Below are positions 21,163 to 32,775 of a DNA stretch of 64,000 nt, piece by piece. The DNA is taken from the NCBI GenBank assembly GCA_010093995.1, contig ML992505.1, positions 808,273 to 872,272 on the forward strand, read 5' to 3'. A program made the position numbers and the translations under genes. How positions within the stretch are numbered: the stretch's first letter is position 1; each line of letters begins with the position of its first letter. Below the pieces are notes generated by a model. The model was not told where the DNA came from and made no database searches. It worked only from the letters and a program-made list of their open reading frames with translations. This DNA comes from Elsinoe ampelina (lineage: Eukaryota).

Positions 21163-22596
21163 ATGAAATTCAAGCACGAACATCTCCCAGACATTTCAGA
21201 CATGATTCAAGAAGCTCTGAGAGAGCGAGGCCGACGGGTTCAGATACTTGGTTCAATTGGTGTCTTTGTCTTCCTCGTTTTCATTCTCTCCATTTCCTTC
21301 TCTCACACGGCGTCTTCTTCTCGACCTGCCATCGAAAATGCCCTTGAACTTGACGGTGAAGAATTCATCTCGAGATGGCTAGACGTACACACCGGTGACC
21401 CAACAGACGGCTATGCTCTATCCCAGCTCTGCCTCCATCAAAACATCACCTGGCATCCCAACCTCATCATCAACGTAGACGACGCCAACGGAGGCATAGG
21501 CAACATCCGCGGCAACGTCCTCGACTTCCTCTACTTCGCCATCTCCAGCGGCTCCTCTATCCTCCTCCCCTCCTTCGCCGCCCGCAGCGACAACGACCTC
21601 TCCTCCCTATTCGACCACCGAACCCCCTTCTCCACCTTCTTCGACGAACACCACTTCATCACCACCCTTCGCACCCACTGCCCATCCCTCCACATCTACT
21701 CCCCCACCTCCATCCCCTCCCTCACCACCCTCACAGACCGCTACATCCCCACCTCCATGCGCTCCGACCTCAACCCATCCGACACCCCGCTCACCTCCGC
21801 CACCAACTTCCACACCTGGCTCCTCACCACCCAAAACCTCACCCTCCCCCCCACAACCCCCACCCTGATAAATCTAGGCCGCACCCTCTGGGACGGCCCA
21901 GACACTTTCTCCCTCCCACCGCGCCTCCGCCGCGACTTCGGCTCCCTCCTCCGCCTCCCCCCACCCATCCGCCGCCTCGCAGCCCTCACCACCCACGCAC
22001 TAGTCAAGCGATACTCCCTCCCCCTCGCCCCTTCATCCCCTCACTACCCCTCCGCCTTCCTCGGGGCACACCTCCGCACCGAACCCGACGCCATCAAAGC
22101 CGGTTTCACCACGGCGGGCTCCCACGCCAACTTCTCCGCGCAGACGGACGCGTACCTCTCCCAAGCGGTCCGGGCGGGGCTGGGGGTCATCTACGCCGCG
22201 AGCGGCTCGAAGCGGGATCTAGCGCTGTTCGGGGAGAAAGCTTGGGGTTTGCACAGGGTGAATGTCACTGTTAAAGGGGAACTGCTCGCGGGGACGGAGG
22301 CAGGTGAGGAATTGGAGAAGTTGAGTTGGGACCAGAAGGGACTGGTGGATTGGGAGGTGTTGATGAGGTGTTCGGAGTTTGGGGGGTTTGTGAAGAGTAG
22401 TTTTGCGTTCAACATTGCGGTGACGAGGGGGGCGGTGGGGGAGAGGGAAGGGAGGGTGCAGGAGGGGATGTGGTGGGGGGTTGATGCCGAGGAGACGCGG
22501 ACCAGAAAGGAGAGTGCGTGGCGGGACAGGTGGAGTACGGTTTGGGGGAGGGATGAGTGGCATGAGAAGAAGATTACGAGGGGGGCGTGGCCGTGA
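21163..22596 (+). CDS. Type II membrane glycosyltransferase-like protein (O-fucosyltransferase-like fold)
   Basis: N-terminal TM anchor; GGIGNIR, FLGAHLRTEPD, IYAASG, VDWEVL..SEFGG..SSFAFNIA motifs typical of O-FucT-like proteins. Confidence 0.75.
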   Translation: MKFKHEHLPDISDMIQEALRERGRRVQILGSIGVFVFLVFILSISFSHTASSSRPAIENALELDGEEFISRWLDVHTGDPTDGYALSQLCLHQNITWHPNLIINVDDANGGIGNIRGNVLDFLYFAISSGSSILLPSFAARSDNDLSSLFDHRTPFSTFFDEHHFITTLRTHCPSLHIYSPTSIPSLTTLTDRYIPTSMRSDLNPSDTPLTSATNFHTWLLTTQNLTLPPTTPTLINLGRTLWDGPDTFSLPPRLRRDFGSLLRLPPPIRRLAALTTHALVKRYSLPLAPSSPHYPSAFLGAHLRTEPDAIKAGFTTAGSHANFSAQTDAYLSQAVRAGLGVIYAASGSKRDLALFGEKAWGLHRVNVTVKGELLAGTEAGEELEKLSWDQKGLVDWEVLMRCSEFGGFVKSSFAFNIAVTRGAVGEREGRVQEGMWWGVDAEETRTRKESAWRDRWSTVWGRDEWHEKKITRGAWP

Positions 22597-22705
22597 GGTG
22601 ACCCCCAAAAAAAGGATGAGATTGAACGCAAGCGTGAGATAATACAGGGATCTTGCCGTTTCCTTTTTTCCAGACCGAGAAACCTCCCAATGGATATCCT
22701 GTTGA

Positions 22706-24163
22706 CTATCCTTTGACCTTGTCGACGACTCGCTCTGCACCTTCCTTGACAGCTTCGCCGAGGTCTTCGACGCTGCTTCCGACAGCTCGGGTCACTCTGC
22801 TCATTTCTCTGAAAACATCTTCCCGCAGTCCTTTGCTTTCTGCCTGACTTCGCCTAGCCACTTTGAAAGCTAAGAAGTATGCACCGACGATGCCGAGATG
22901 GATTCTCTCCTTCAGCAACATGGTCAAGCCATGTCCTAGGAAGCCCTTGAGGACTTCTCCCTGCAGACCTGCGTAGAGAGCAAGAAGTCCCTCGCCCTTG
23001 TAGATCGCTACCAGCCCCTCGAATAGCGGACTTGGTGCCTTGAGAGCCTTGACCAAAAAAGCAAGGAGGTATTGCACACTCTGCTTGAGTTTCTGGTAAG
23101 ACGTGGTCGAGCCGTCAAAGTTAGGCTTCTCCACTGGTTGACTGTGTTTGACCTCGAGCGTGTCAGAAGCCTCCATGGAACTGTCATCCACGTTGAATGT
23201 GTCAAATGTCTTCTCATCTGCAACTGTCGGAGCTGGTTTGGTACGACTGGCAGTGATTTGTGCTCGAGTCTTGGCCAGACTGAAAGGATACATGGTCGCC
23301 GATGCAGCAGCTTTACTGAGTGCTGCAATCAGGAAGGTCATCTTCGGTCCGGGTCTATCCCGCTTACTGGCTGGCAGTATTGTTCTAGACAGCAGGTTGT
23401 GAAAGAGAAAGGTCAGACCAGGGTTCAAAGTCAAGATGAGACTTGCTCGGTAGCCAGCCCAGAATCCAGTGATGCCTCGCTCTGATCTAATCTGGAGAGC
23501 AATGTCCTTGACGGAGAGCTTCGAGACCTGGTCAGGTGGGAGAGAAGCAGACGGGTCCCTGACGGCCAACATGGCAGCAGTCTGCTTGCGGGTGACGATC
23601 TGCTGGATGGGTGTTGTGACGAATTTTGCGACCGCTCCTGCAGCGATACCAATCCGAAGCTCATCTGGTACTGCCAGTGTCTTTGCCGATGTTCCTTGCA
23701 AACGTCGCTGCTTCAGGAACGTATAGATGAGAAAGAAGAGAAAGGCGTCCACGATAGACTTTGCCGTATCCGTCACACATCCAGCATAAAAGGCCTTGAG
23801 TCCTCCCTCTGACTTGTATATCTTCTTGACCGCATCGATAATATTCTTGTACTCCAAGTCCGCCTCGGATGCAGCGGATGGTGCTTCATTCGGCCCTCGC
23901 ATTTGTTTCTGCACCTGCAGTCGTGTAATTGACAAACTCAGAGGGTACAGTGTCAAGTGCGAAATAGCTGTTCCAGCCGAACCAGCAAGTGCATGACCCA
24001 GGGCGGGCAGCCCGACCGAGGCTGCTGAGGGTGACCTGGCATCTTCCTCTTGTATGCGATGATAGAGCTCGAAAGCGTCCTCGAAGGGATTGTCAGAGTT
24101 GGACTTGAAGTTATGAGAGGAGAAGAGATTGCGTACGAGTTGAGAATTGTAAGGGAACGACAT
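22706..24163 (-). CDS. ANT1: Peroxisomal adenine nucleotide carrier (mitochondrial carrier family)
   Basis: PALGHALAG; three carrier repeats (YPLSLSITRLQ, TPIQQIVTRKQ, YPFSLAKTRAQ); LILTLNPGLTF. Confidence 0.85.
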   Translation of the reverse strand: MSFPYNSQLVRNLFSSHNFKSNSDNPFEDAFELYHRIQEEDARSPSAASVGLPALGHALAGSAGTAISHLTLYPLSLSITRLQVQKQMRGPNEAPSAASEADLEYKNIIDAVKKIYKSEGGLKAFYAGCVTDTAKSIVDAFLFFLIYTFLKQRRLQGTSAKTLAVPDELRIGIAAGAVAKFVTTPIQQIVTRKQTAAMLAVRDPSASLPPDQVSKLSVKDIALQIRSERGITGFWAGYRASLILTLNPGLTFLFHNLLSRTILPASKRDRPGPKMTFLIAALSKAAASATMYPFSLAKTRAQITASRTKPAPTVADEKTFDTFNVDDSSMEASDTLEVKHSQPVEKPNFDGSTTSYQKLKQSVQYLLAFLVKALKAPSPLFEGLVAIYKGEGLLALYAGLQGEVLKGFLGHGLTMLLKERIHLGIVGAYFLAFKVARRSQAESKGLREDVFREMSRVTRAVGSSVEDLGEAVKEGAERVVDKVKG

Positions 24164-24632
24164 ATTGAGGTCTACCTGATCACTATGGTCAGGTCAGTGG
24201 GGGAACCTTGAGGAGGCTGAAGCTAGCTGTACTGACCTACTTATCCTACACTGCTTGTCTGCTGCATGTTTGCGGGGTCGCCCAGGGTACGTATCGTGGA
24301 AGTGGAGCTAGTGAAGAGAAGGTGATACTGCCGAACACTTGGCCAGGATGGACATGGCGAGGACAGGATGGGTACAATGAGGTTGAGTCGTGCCAAACGG
24401 CCGGGTCGCATGCCAGAAACGTCATGTTTTCCCCGCAGTTTCCGTTCAGCTCCACCTTCACATGGGACCCACACGGGCCACACCTGGCATCCTTGCCCAT
24501 GAACTCCTCGGGGGTTAATCAAAAGTGGCTTGGTTCGGGGCGAACGGGTGATCGGACCTGGGTCAATCGTGGACCTCTGACGGTGGTGTCCAATCTGACG
24601 GGCAGTCATTATCATTATTCTAATCTGATCCG

Positions 24633-26233
24633 CTAATGCCCAACAATGAAATACGTGTTGGTAACCAAACACACCCCCATAACACAGAAGCCGTAGATGG
24701 CCAATGCTAAGCTCAACCGTCTGAGTAGTTGATTCCTCCAGTTCCTACTCCTCCACTTGTTCAACCAACTTCTGTACTCTGAATCGGCTGTGTCGTCTCC
24801 AGAGTCATACTCGTCCTCATCGTCGTCTTCCTTCAACAACTTCTGATGCAAAGGCGAATCAGGCGAAGAAATCTTGTAGTAAAACAGACCGGGAAGAATG
24901 AAAGAGATCGAAGTGCTTCCTGTACTTCCGACGTATGCAAGGACCTTTTCCAGAGAGCTGACCGTCATGGCCACAATATAGGAAAGGATGATGATGACCG
25001 TTGTGATGGCAGCAAATCGTGTTTCTGACATTTCAGGTACTCTTTGTCCTGGTGGACCACCAAGAAGAGTGCTTCGAGATGGGGACCCTAGAGATGGTGA
25101 TGTCTGAGCAGAAGATCGGTTTGGTCGCCACTTGAGTACCGCATCTACAGAGGCCCTGCAGGGATGGACCTGTAATGGGTACGAGAACATGACTAGGACA
25201 ACAATGGCTGCTTTTCCGATTGTGGAAGAGACTGATGGTGCGTATTGAGCGACAATGTTGCCAATAACGTTGTCGCCGAAGGATAGATATCCAGTGATGG
25301 CGACCAGAATGTAGATTGATCCTGAAGTTCCTATACTGGCAGTCACAACTGCTGTAGTCGATTTGTGCGTGTTGACGTTAATCTCATTAAGGATGGAGAA
25401 CATCTGTTTCAATTAGCTTGGACAGAACAGATGAGTGTTCTTAGACGTACGTTCTGATGACATGTATACGCAAAAACAATGACAGGAAAGCTCGCGAGTG
25501 TTGGTACAATGCCCATCCAAGTAATACCTCTAACCTCTCCTCTTCCTTCCAAAGTATCCCTGGCGCAAAAGTGATAGACGACCAGGATGACTAGATAGCC
25601 TATCGAAACGAGAGCGACGACGCTTGTATATTTGAGCGAGTCCAGCTTGCGCAAAAATGACAATGGTATAACAATGAGCCTGGATGTGATCAGTAGACAT
25701 TCACCGCACAGTTTCATACGGTCTTACATGAATGCAGTAACCCAAAAGTGCCTATCAATCAGAAATGCGGCATCTGGATTGGGATTGAACCCTCTCACAA
25801 CACCAGGCATAAGATCGCCAATGATGATCAAGTAGCTGACTCCCACACCAAAACACTTGATCGCAATCGCTGCATCAAACACGACGGCAGCATTCGGATA
25901 TGTAATCTGGCTAAGCGCAAAGAAACTCGCAACTCCTCGGTCCAGGTATCTCGCGCACCTCGTCTGCAGGTAGAGGCCAAATCCAGCAGTAATTCCAGAC
26001 CAGATTATCACCAGTGTCCCCAGAAGTATGCCCATGTGCGACATAGCCAGAGGCATTGCCAGTACACCGGCTCCAACGATCGTGTTGACCAGATTGATGA
26101 CACTGGATGTCCATGATGCTTGCCCTACCACTCCCGTCTCCTTCTTGTGCCGTTGTCGATTCGAAGAGGTTCTACTCGACGGTCGAGAGTTGTGCTCCTG
26201 CGGATTCGCATTGATAGCGGCGTAGCTAGCCAT
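24633..26233 (-). CDS. Vacuolar amino acid transporter (AAAP, Avt5/6/7-like), 3 exons
   Basis: NLVNTIVGAGVLAMP, AIAIKCFGVGVSYL, FAYTCHQN|MFSI and SYPLQVHPCR in three ORF segments separated by GT-AG introns. Confidence 0.92.
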
Positions 26234-26565
26234 ATTGCTCCGAGGTTGAAAACGAGAGTTGGATCAGATGAGTTATCGTTTCCGCATGGCACGTGTTGTG
26301 GGCGGTGTTCCAGTCGTAGAGACGTCTGCGATGTATGAGGGAACTTTGCTCAAGTCTCGTGGACCGTCGTAAGAGATATCGGATGAATGCTGCCGCGTAG
26401 GTGGAGTGGATGACGGGAAAAGGCTCGATGACCGCACTCGCAATCTGCAAAAGTGATTGCGAACGAAATGCCAAGACCTGACCCGTGAGACCAGAAGACA
26501 CCTCACCGTTTCAGCACCGATTTGCCTCGTCGGGTTCTCGACAAGAAACGAGATTATATGCACAG

Positions 26566-27237
26566 ATGGCCACGGACCAGGCTCAATCAGCGAAGCAGAC
26601 TCTGAGTCTGTTGGAGGAGCGACTGGACAAGCTACAACTACTTCTACATGGAGATGGAGCGGCAGACGAGGCACGCGACACATCCTATCCATCTTCGGTC
26701 ACAACTCGGCTTCAATCACTTGACAAGGCACTGCGGAAACTCGAATCCGAATCGAGCTCTATCAAAGAGCTTCTACGTCTTCGTAAGTAGTCACGCCATC
26801 ACAGGTAGGATCATCTCTGAACATGTGACAAAGACAAATCTCAAAGACGAGCATTTGACCATGAAGCGGAAAGCAATATCAATCTCGGAGATGAATCTGT
26901 AGCGGCCACTCTGGTCCTATCCCATGCAGCACAACTCAACACGACCACCTCTAATCTACGATCAATACATGATGCAGCAATCCCAGAAGCATCAAGCTCT
27001 GTCCACATCATTGCTCAAACACCACGAATGCAACGAGCCCTGGTCAGGACAGAAGCTCAGAACAAGCACTTGTCCGATCTCAGAACACGAAGCGCCGAAT
27101 TGGTTTCCCGATGGCATCAAGTGGGAGTATTGGGTGTTGGAGAAGTCATCAGCGAATGGGACGAGAGGCTGACAGATGCTGAAAGAAGTATTCGCCAACA
27201 GTGTGCTCGAAGGAAGCGTGAAGTGGAGTTGACATGA
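26566..27237 (+). CDS. RO10: Dynactin p24-like nuclear distribution protein (Ro10-like), 2 exons
   Basis: TLSLLEERLDKLQLLLHG N-terminus; intron from GTAAGT at 26783; C-terminus LRTRSAELVSRWHQVGVLGVGEVISEWDERL. Confidence 0.7.
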
Positions 27238-28471
27238 TAGCCTGACCGGAGTGGCTTCAATAGACGCCCTGAGAATTTAGCTTACATGGAAGACCTTTCA
27301 CTTATTCATGCGGCTGATGGACCAGGATGCTTGCTACTGTACGTCGACGTTATAGTCTGAAACACAAAGTCAAAGTGTAATGATTGACAGGTGCACAATG
27401 GCGGAAGTGGTGGCTGACAAGATTGGGCACCTTGCAGGCGTTGGTGAGACCAAGATAGTACAGACCAAATCGCCAGCTGAGTCGGCATCTTACGGATGGT
27501 GAGATGATGAATCAGGGCTTGTCGGGTGGAAAGAGCCGCGAGTCGACGCGTAAGGCAAGATGAAGAGAGAAACAAAACATAGTAAAGCACCCCTATCAAT
27601 GCAAGGAGAGACATTGTTCTGTGCCAGATCAAGTCAACTCCCGAGGAGACTGCACCATGCCTGGTGTTGTGCATTCATGCCTGCAAGATATCGTTCGCAG
27701 CCTCAAGCCTTCCCCGACCTTGCGCCTCGACTGCCGCTGCCGTGATACTGTAAACTTTGCCCTTTGAGAGCAAAAAAGTACATCGAGAATTGCCCCGTCC
27801 TGAATTAGCAAAGCGTGCGCCTCTTTAATCTGGAGCAACCAATTGGACGTGACAGGGCGAAACACCGAGTGGAGACGGTCTTTCAGGTCTCGATGGTCGC
27901 TTCTTCCCGGGCCGGAGAGCCAGTCGACGGGACCCAAAGAGTGCACACGTCTCAGGCGCCCTTTTCCCTTTCCCTTGTCCAATTTCAGCATCTCCCAGAC
28001 CCACCTCCCGACTGCCAACACCCAGAGTGTGCTGCTCCTCCTCCACGCATTCAAGCCCTCTTTCTCATCTCCGGTCCGTTCGCTCTTCTACATACACACC
28101 TCACGCCCTTGTTGTTTGCGACCTTTTTTTGTTTCGAAATTCAACTCGTATCGAACCAAAGCTACCGCGTCAACGTCCATCTCCGTCGGAATTTCTCGAC
28201 TGCCACTCGTTTTCCAACTCGTCTTGCCATTCTTCGCCCGCCTCCTGACCCTTTCGCACTTTTGTTTCAGCTATCAGCACCGATCACCCCTTCTACCAAT
28301 TCACGAAATCCTACTCAACGTTTTGACGACTTGACGACACGAGCGCTTCTAGCGGGAAAAAGCTTGTGATTGTTTTAACACGGGTTCGACATTTGCGGAA
28401 TCTGTAACGCACCCGCAAGGCCATTTGGACTTGCCGTGTGAAAGCCTGGCGGCTGTGTAACATAGAACTCT

Positions 28472-29582
28472 ATGCCCACCTACAGCTCTCTTGACAGCCC
28501 GTCACTGCGCAAAATGGAAGGATTCAAGAGGGATTCTTTTGGGAAGAAGAAGAGATTCAGCATGGGGAATATCTTTGGCGACCCATTCGCGTTGGCGACC
28601 ATTTCTGTCGGCATTGTAAGGATATCTCGGACAAGAGCAAGTTCTTCGGTGGACTGACAATATCATAGATGGCCTGGTTGATCGCATTCGTCAGCTCAGT
28701 CATTGCCGTTGTACAGACGCGCGCATTCCCAAACTATTCGTGGTGGACGCTGGTCTTTACATTTTTCGCCATCATTGGTGTGACAATCAGCGTTGCGTCT
28801 GATGCGGTGCAGACATATCAAGTAGCGGTATGTTGCGACAATGTGTTGACCGCCATCAATACTGACAGTCACAGATTGTCGGGTTCCTCTCAGCCGGACT
28901 TGTCTTTACCACATCATCCGTCAACTCCCTCATCTACCTTCCGAATGGCGCACGTGCTCACGACGCTGCATCCGCAGGGTTCATCCTTCTCTCCATGGTC
29001 GCGATTGTGTGGATCTTCTACTATGGATCACAGCCAACGGCAAGTCATCGTCATGCGATTGACTCACTTGCACTTGACAAGGGAGGACGTGCTCCATCGA
29101 GGACATCCCGTAATATGGCCAACTCGACGTACCGACCGGAGACCACCATCTCGCAGCAACCACAGATGTACACCTCAGCTCAGCTGAGCGGGTTCGAGAC
29201 GTCATCACCTGTGACGGGATACCCTGGCGGTCCTCTAGGTGCATCAGACAACAAGCGGAATAGCGAGGCTAGGTTTGGTCAACCTCAAGCTACACAACCA
29301 CAGCCCACCTCTGCTCAACAAACAAGATCTGTGACCCCGGCGGCACAAGCACCTCCTGTTGCCGCACCTGCCGCACAAGACAACACCAATTCACCGACAG
29401 AGTACCCATACCGAGCAAAGGCCATCTATAGCTACGAGGCCAACCCAGAAGACCCCAACGAAATCAGCTTCTCCAAGCATGAAATCTTGGAGGTCAGCGA
29501 TGTCAGCGGACGGTGGTGGCAAGCAAAGAAGGAAAGTGGCGAGACTGGTATTGCACCAAGCAATTACCTCATCTTGCTATGA
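28472..29582 (+). CDS. SHO1: HOG-pathway osmosensor Sho1 (4 TM plus SH3)
   Basis: [29 protein letters not shown]-terminal SH3 ([43 protein letters not shown]); two introns. Confidence 0.96.
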
Positions 29583-30961
29583 TTTTATCAGATGCTGGAA
29601 CGTCTATTTCTCACACTCAACTGGTTTGATTCATCCATCACTGGCGGTCTGGCGTGTCATGTTTTCTTCGGTTATTCTACGATTCACAAAGAGAGACCAC
29701 TCTTACAATACCCGCATCTGTGGACGCTCATTGTACCAAGCCTTGCAAACAGGAACGCAAGAGATTTATATGATGACTGGGTGTGTGCCTGCGTGCCACA
29801 GGGCATTTTTGAGACACAAACAAGTATGAAGCTACATAGATTTGAGCAGTCGAAAGCACTGCAGGAATGATCAATGTCCGAGGACGAAATTGACTGGCGA
29901 CAAGTCGTGACATGTGCATCATGCAAGACGGTTTATCGACAAATGTCAAGCTGCAAAGCCCTGCATTTATTTGTTTCAAGCTCGGTCCGATTGAGAAAAG
30001 AGTCTGTGCAAGATCACATCTACACAACAACAAATCTGCTTGTTTCACGTGGCCCAAGGATCTACACGTTCTGTCTCCATTACCAGGATGGATCAGGAAC
30101 ACGATTTCCAAGTGTCAAAAGCAGGGAAGAGGGGCGCGTGGCAGCAGAACCCGCCATGTTCGTCATTTTTTTGCTTGGCCCGGACTCGAGCGAGGAGGAT
30201 CAAGCCTCGTCGACTCCAGAGACCAGAGATGACCGGGAGCATCGACCCCTCATTTCCAGCCACGGGCTACAGCACAAATCTGTCCTGCTATACAGTAGTA
30301 CCACCCCTTCTTAGCTGCTTGCATCACCGTGCGTCGTTGTCGGGCTTGTCCGCGCAGCTGGGATTTTGGAATCTACCATTCTTCGAGCTGAATGATTAGT
30401 ATTTGACCCTACTATACCGCTTCAGCCGATCTTAGCTCCTGATCAGCATCTTGGACGCATTTGACTCTACCTCCGACCGCGACGCGAATACAACGGTGAG
30501 ACAGACTCCCGGCGGCAATCCAGAAAACCGACGTCAGCATCATCCTGCAGCTGGTCCTGACTGTTCAGAAACAAACTGTCACAATCGCATTTCTTCCCGA
30601 AGCTACATGTCCTGATCTTCTCCTCCCAAGACTCGACTGAATCTCTGTCCCACCACCATGCAACAACCCCAATAGCATAATCCACTCGAGCCGGAGGACA
30701 GCGCGGCTCTCCCGAACACACAATCTCGCCCGTTGTCTCTCGGTTCGCACACGAGGGACAAGTTTCGAAAGCGATACTAGCGATAGTACCAGATACTACC
30801 ACCAGAGTCGATTCCCGAATACGGCATTCACGACTAGACGATCTAGAATAGAGTAATCGAACCCCTATAGACGACGAAGCATCTGTCACAACACCCTGAC
30901 CCCGTCCCTTCAACTTTCTTCAACCTTTTGCGGCTCGATAACGGCCTCCCCACGCCCGGCG

Positions 30962-32256
30962 ATGACGTCCATCATGTCCTTGTCAAATCACCACCAACCT
31001 CTGGTGTCAAAGATCACATCGCGCCTACACAGAAGCAGCACTTCAAATGGCGACTCCTTCGAGCGCGACCGCGAACGGCGCCGACTATGCGATTGGGAAG
31101 CAGAGAAACAGCCCTTGGATTACGAGCAGATCTTGGTCGAGCCGTCGCGGAAACTGGTCGGACATAGCAGCAAAGTACTACGGTGTGAGGATTTTGAGTT
31201 GATCAAGACGCTGGGGACAGGCACATTCGCGAGAGTATGGCTGGTGCGATTTGCGAATGCAAAGGGTGAGGATCGGGATCGGGTGTTTGCGCTGAAGAAG
31301 TTGCGGAAAGTGGACGTGATACGGCTCAAGCAGGTCGAGCATGTGAGGAATGAGCGGAACGTGTTGGCTTCTGTCGCGGGACATCCTTTCATCACGACCA
31401 TGGTGGCGAGTTTCCAGGAGTCGGACACGCTGTATATGCTTTTGGATTATTGTCCTGGAGGGGAGGTGTTTAGCTATCTCCGGCGAGCGAGGAGATTCAA
31501 CGAGGCCACGAGTCAATTCTACGCCGCGGAGATAGTATTGATCCTCGAGTTCTTGCATGACAAACAGGGTGTTGCATACCGAGATCTGAAGCCGGAGAAT
31601 ATCCTTATAGACGCCGAGGGGCATCTGAAGCTGGTAGATTTTGGCTTTGCAAAGAAGGTGGAGAATCGTAAGTCCCATCAGTCGCCACCACAGCGAAGAT
31701 GCTAAAGCTCCACAGGCGAGACATACACTCTCTGCGGCACCCCCGAGTACCTCGCTCCAGAAGTCATCCGCAACACCGGCCACGGCCTCGCAGTCGACTG
31801 GTGGGCATTTGGCATCCTCATCTACGAATTCCTCGTCGGCCAGCCTCCCTTCTGGGACCAAAACCCTATGAAGATTTACGAACAGTACGTCACCCCTCCC
31901 GCTGTCGCCTTTCTCCCTGAGCTAACCTCCCCAGGATCGTCGAAGGCAAAATCCGCTTCCCATCAGCCATGTCCGCCGATGCGCGAGACATCATCCAAGG
32001 CCTCTGCACAGTCGACACTGCCAAACGACTAGGCAACATCAGCGGGGGCGCCGGGAGGGTAAAATCCCACCCTTGGTTCAAGAGTATCGATTGGGACGCG
32101 ATTTACTACCGCAAAGTGCAGGGACCGATCGTGCCGCATCTCAAGGGCCCAGCGGATACGAGGAATTTCGATGAGTATGAGGCTGAGCCGATGGCCAAGG
32201 AGCAGTATACCAAGGAGTTGAAGGAGAAGTATGATTGGCATTTTAGGGACTTTTGA
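30962..32256 (+). CDS. cAMP-dependent protein kinase catalytic subunit, secondary (PkaB/PRKX-like) type
   Basis: [51 protein letters not shown]; introns ~31668-31714 and ~31886-31935. Confidence 0.93.
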
Positions 32257-32775
32257 GGGGGGGAAGGGGAGGGGGAGGTCTCCATGCAGGGTATCTCTGG
32301 ACCCTCATCGCTATATGGAACAGCAACAGCAAGAGCGGAGGCGAGAAGAGCAGAGAAAGAGAAGACAAGCGAAGACAGTGGGACGGCAGCGTTCGAGCAT
32401 TATCCTTTTTACTACTTCCATTTCCTTGATCTCTGACGATGCACGATTCGATACCACCGTCTTCCGCACGGGTTTTCCATAGCATGTCCACCAGCCGTAT
32501 GTTTCGCCGCTTGTATAAACTTTGTTGTACAGACAATGGCACCTCGAAGACTCTGTATTTCCAATATCCATCATGCGCAAATGACCATCAACATCGGCTG
32601 CGTACGGCCTTGGGTTGTTCTGACCGTTGCGGCTCCGTACCCTCACCCCGCACTTCCCCACTACACGGGGACTGGCTTTGCACGTGCGTGTCCTTCCTAC
32701 CGTTCCTGCATGCAGGACCTCGTTCTCTCGTTCTTCGTTTCGTAGGTTTCTGTCGACTGAGGGGATCATGCTGCC

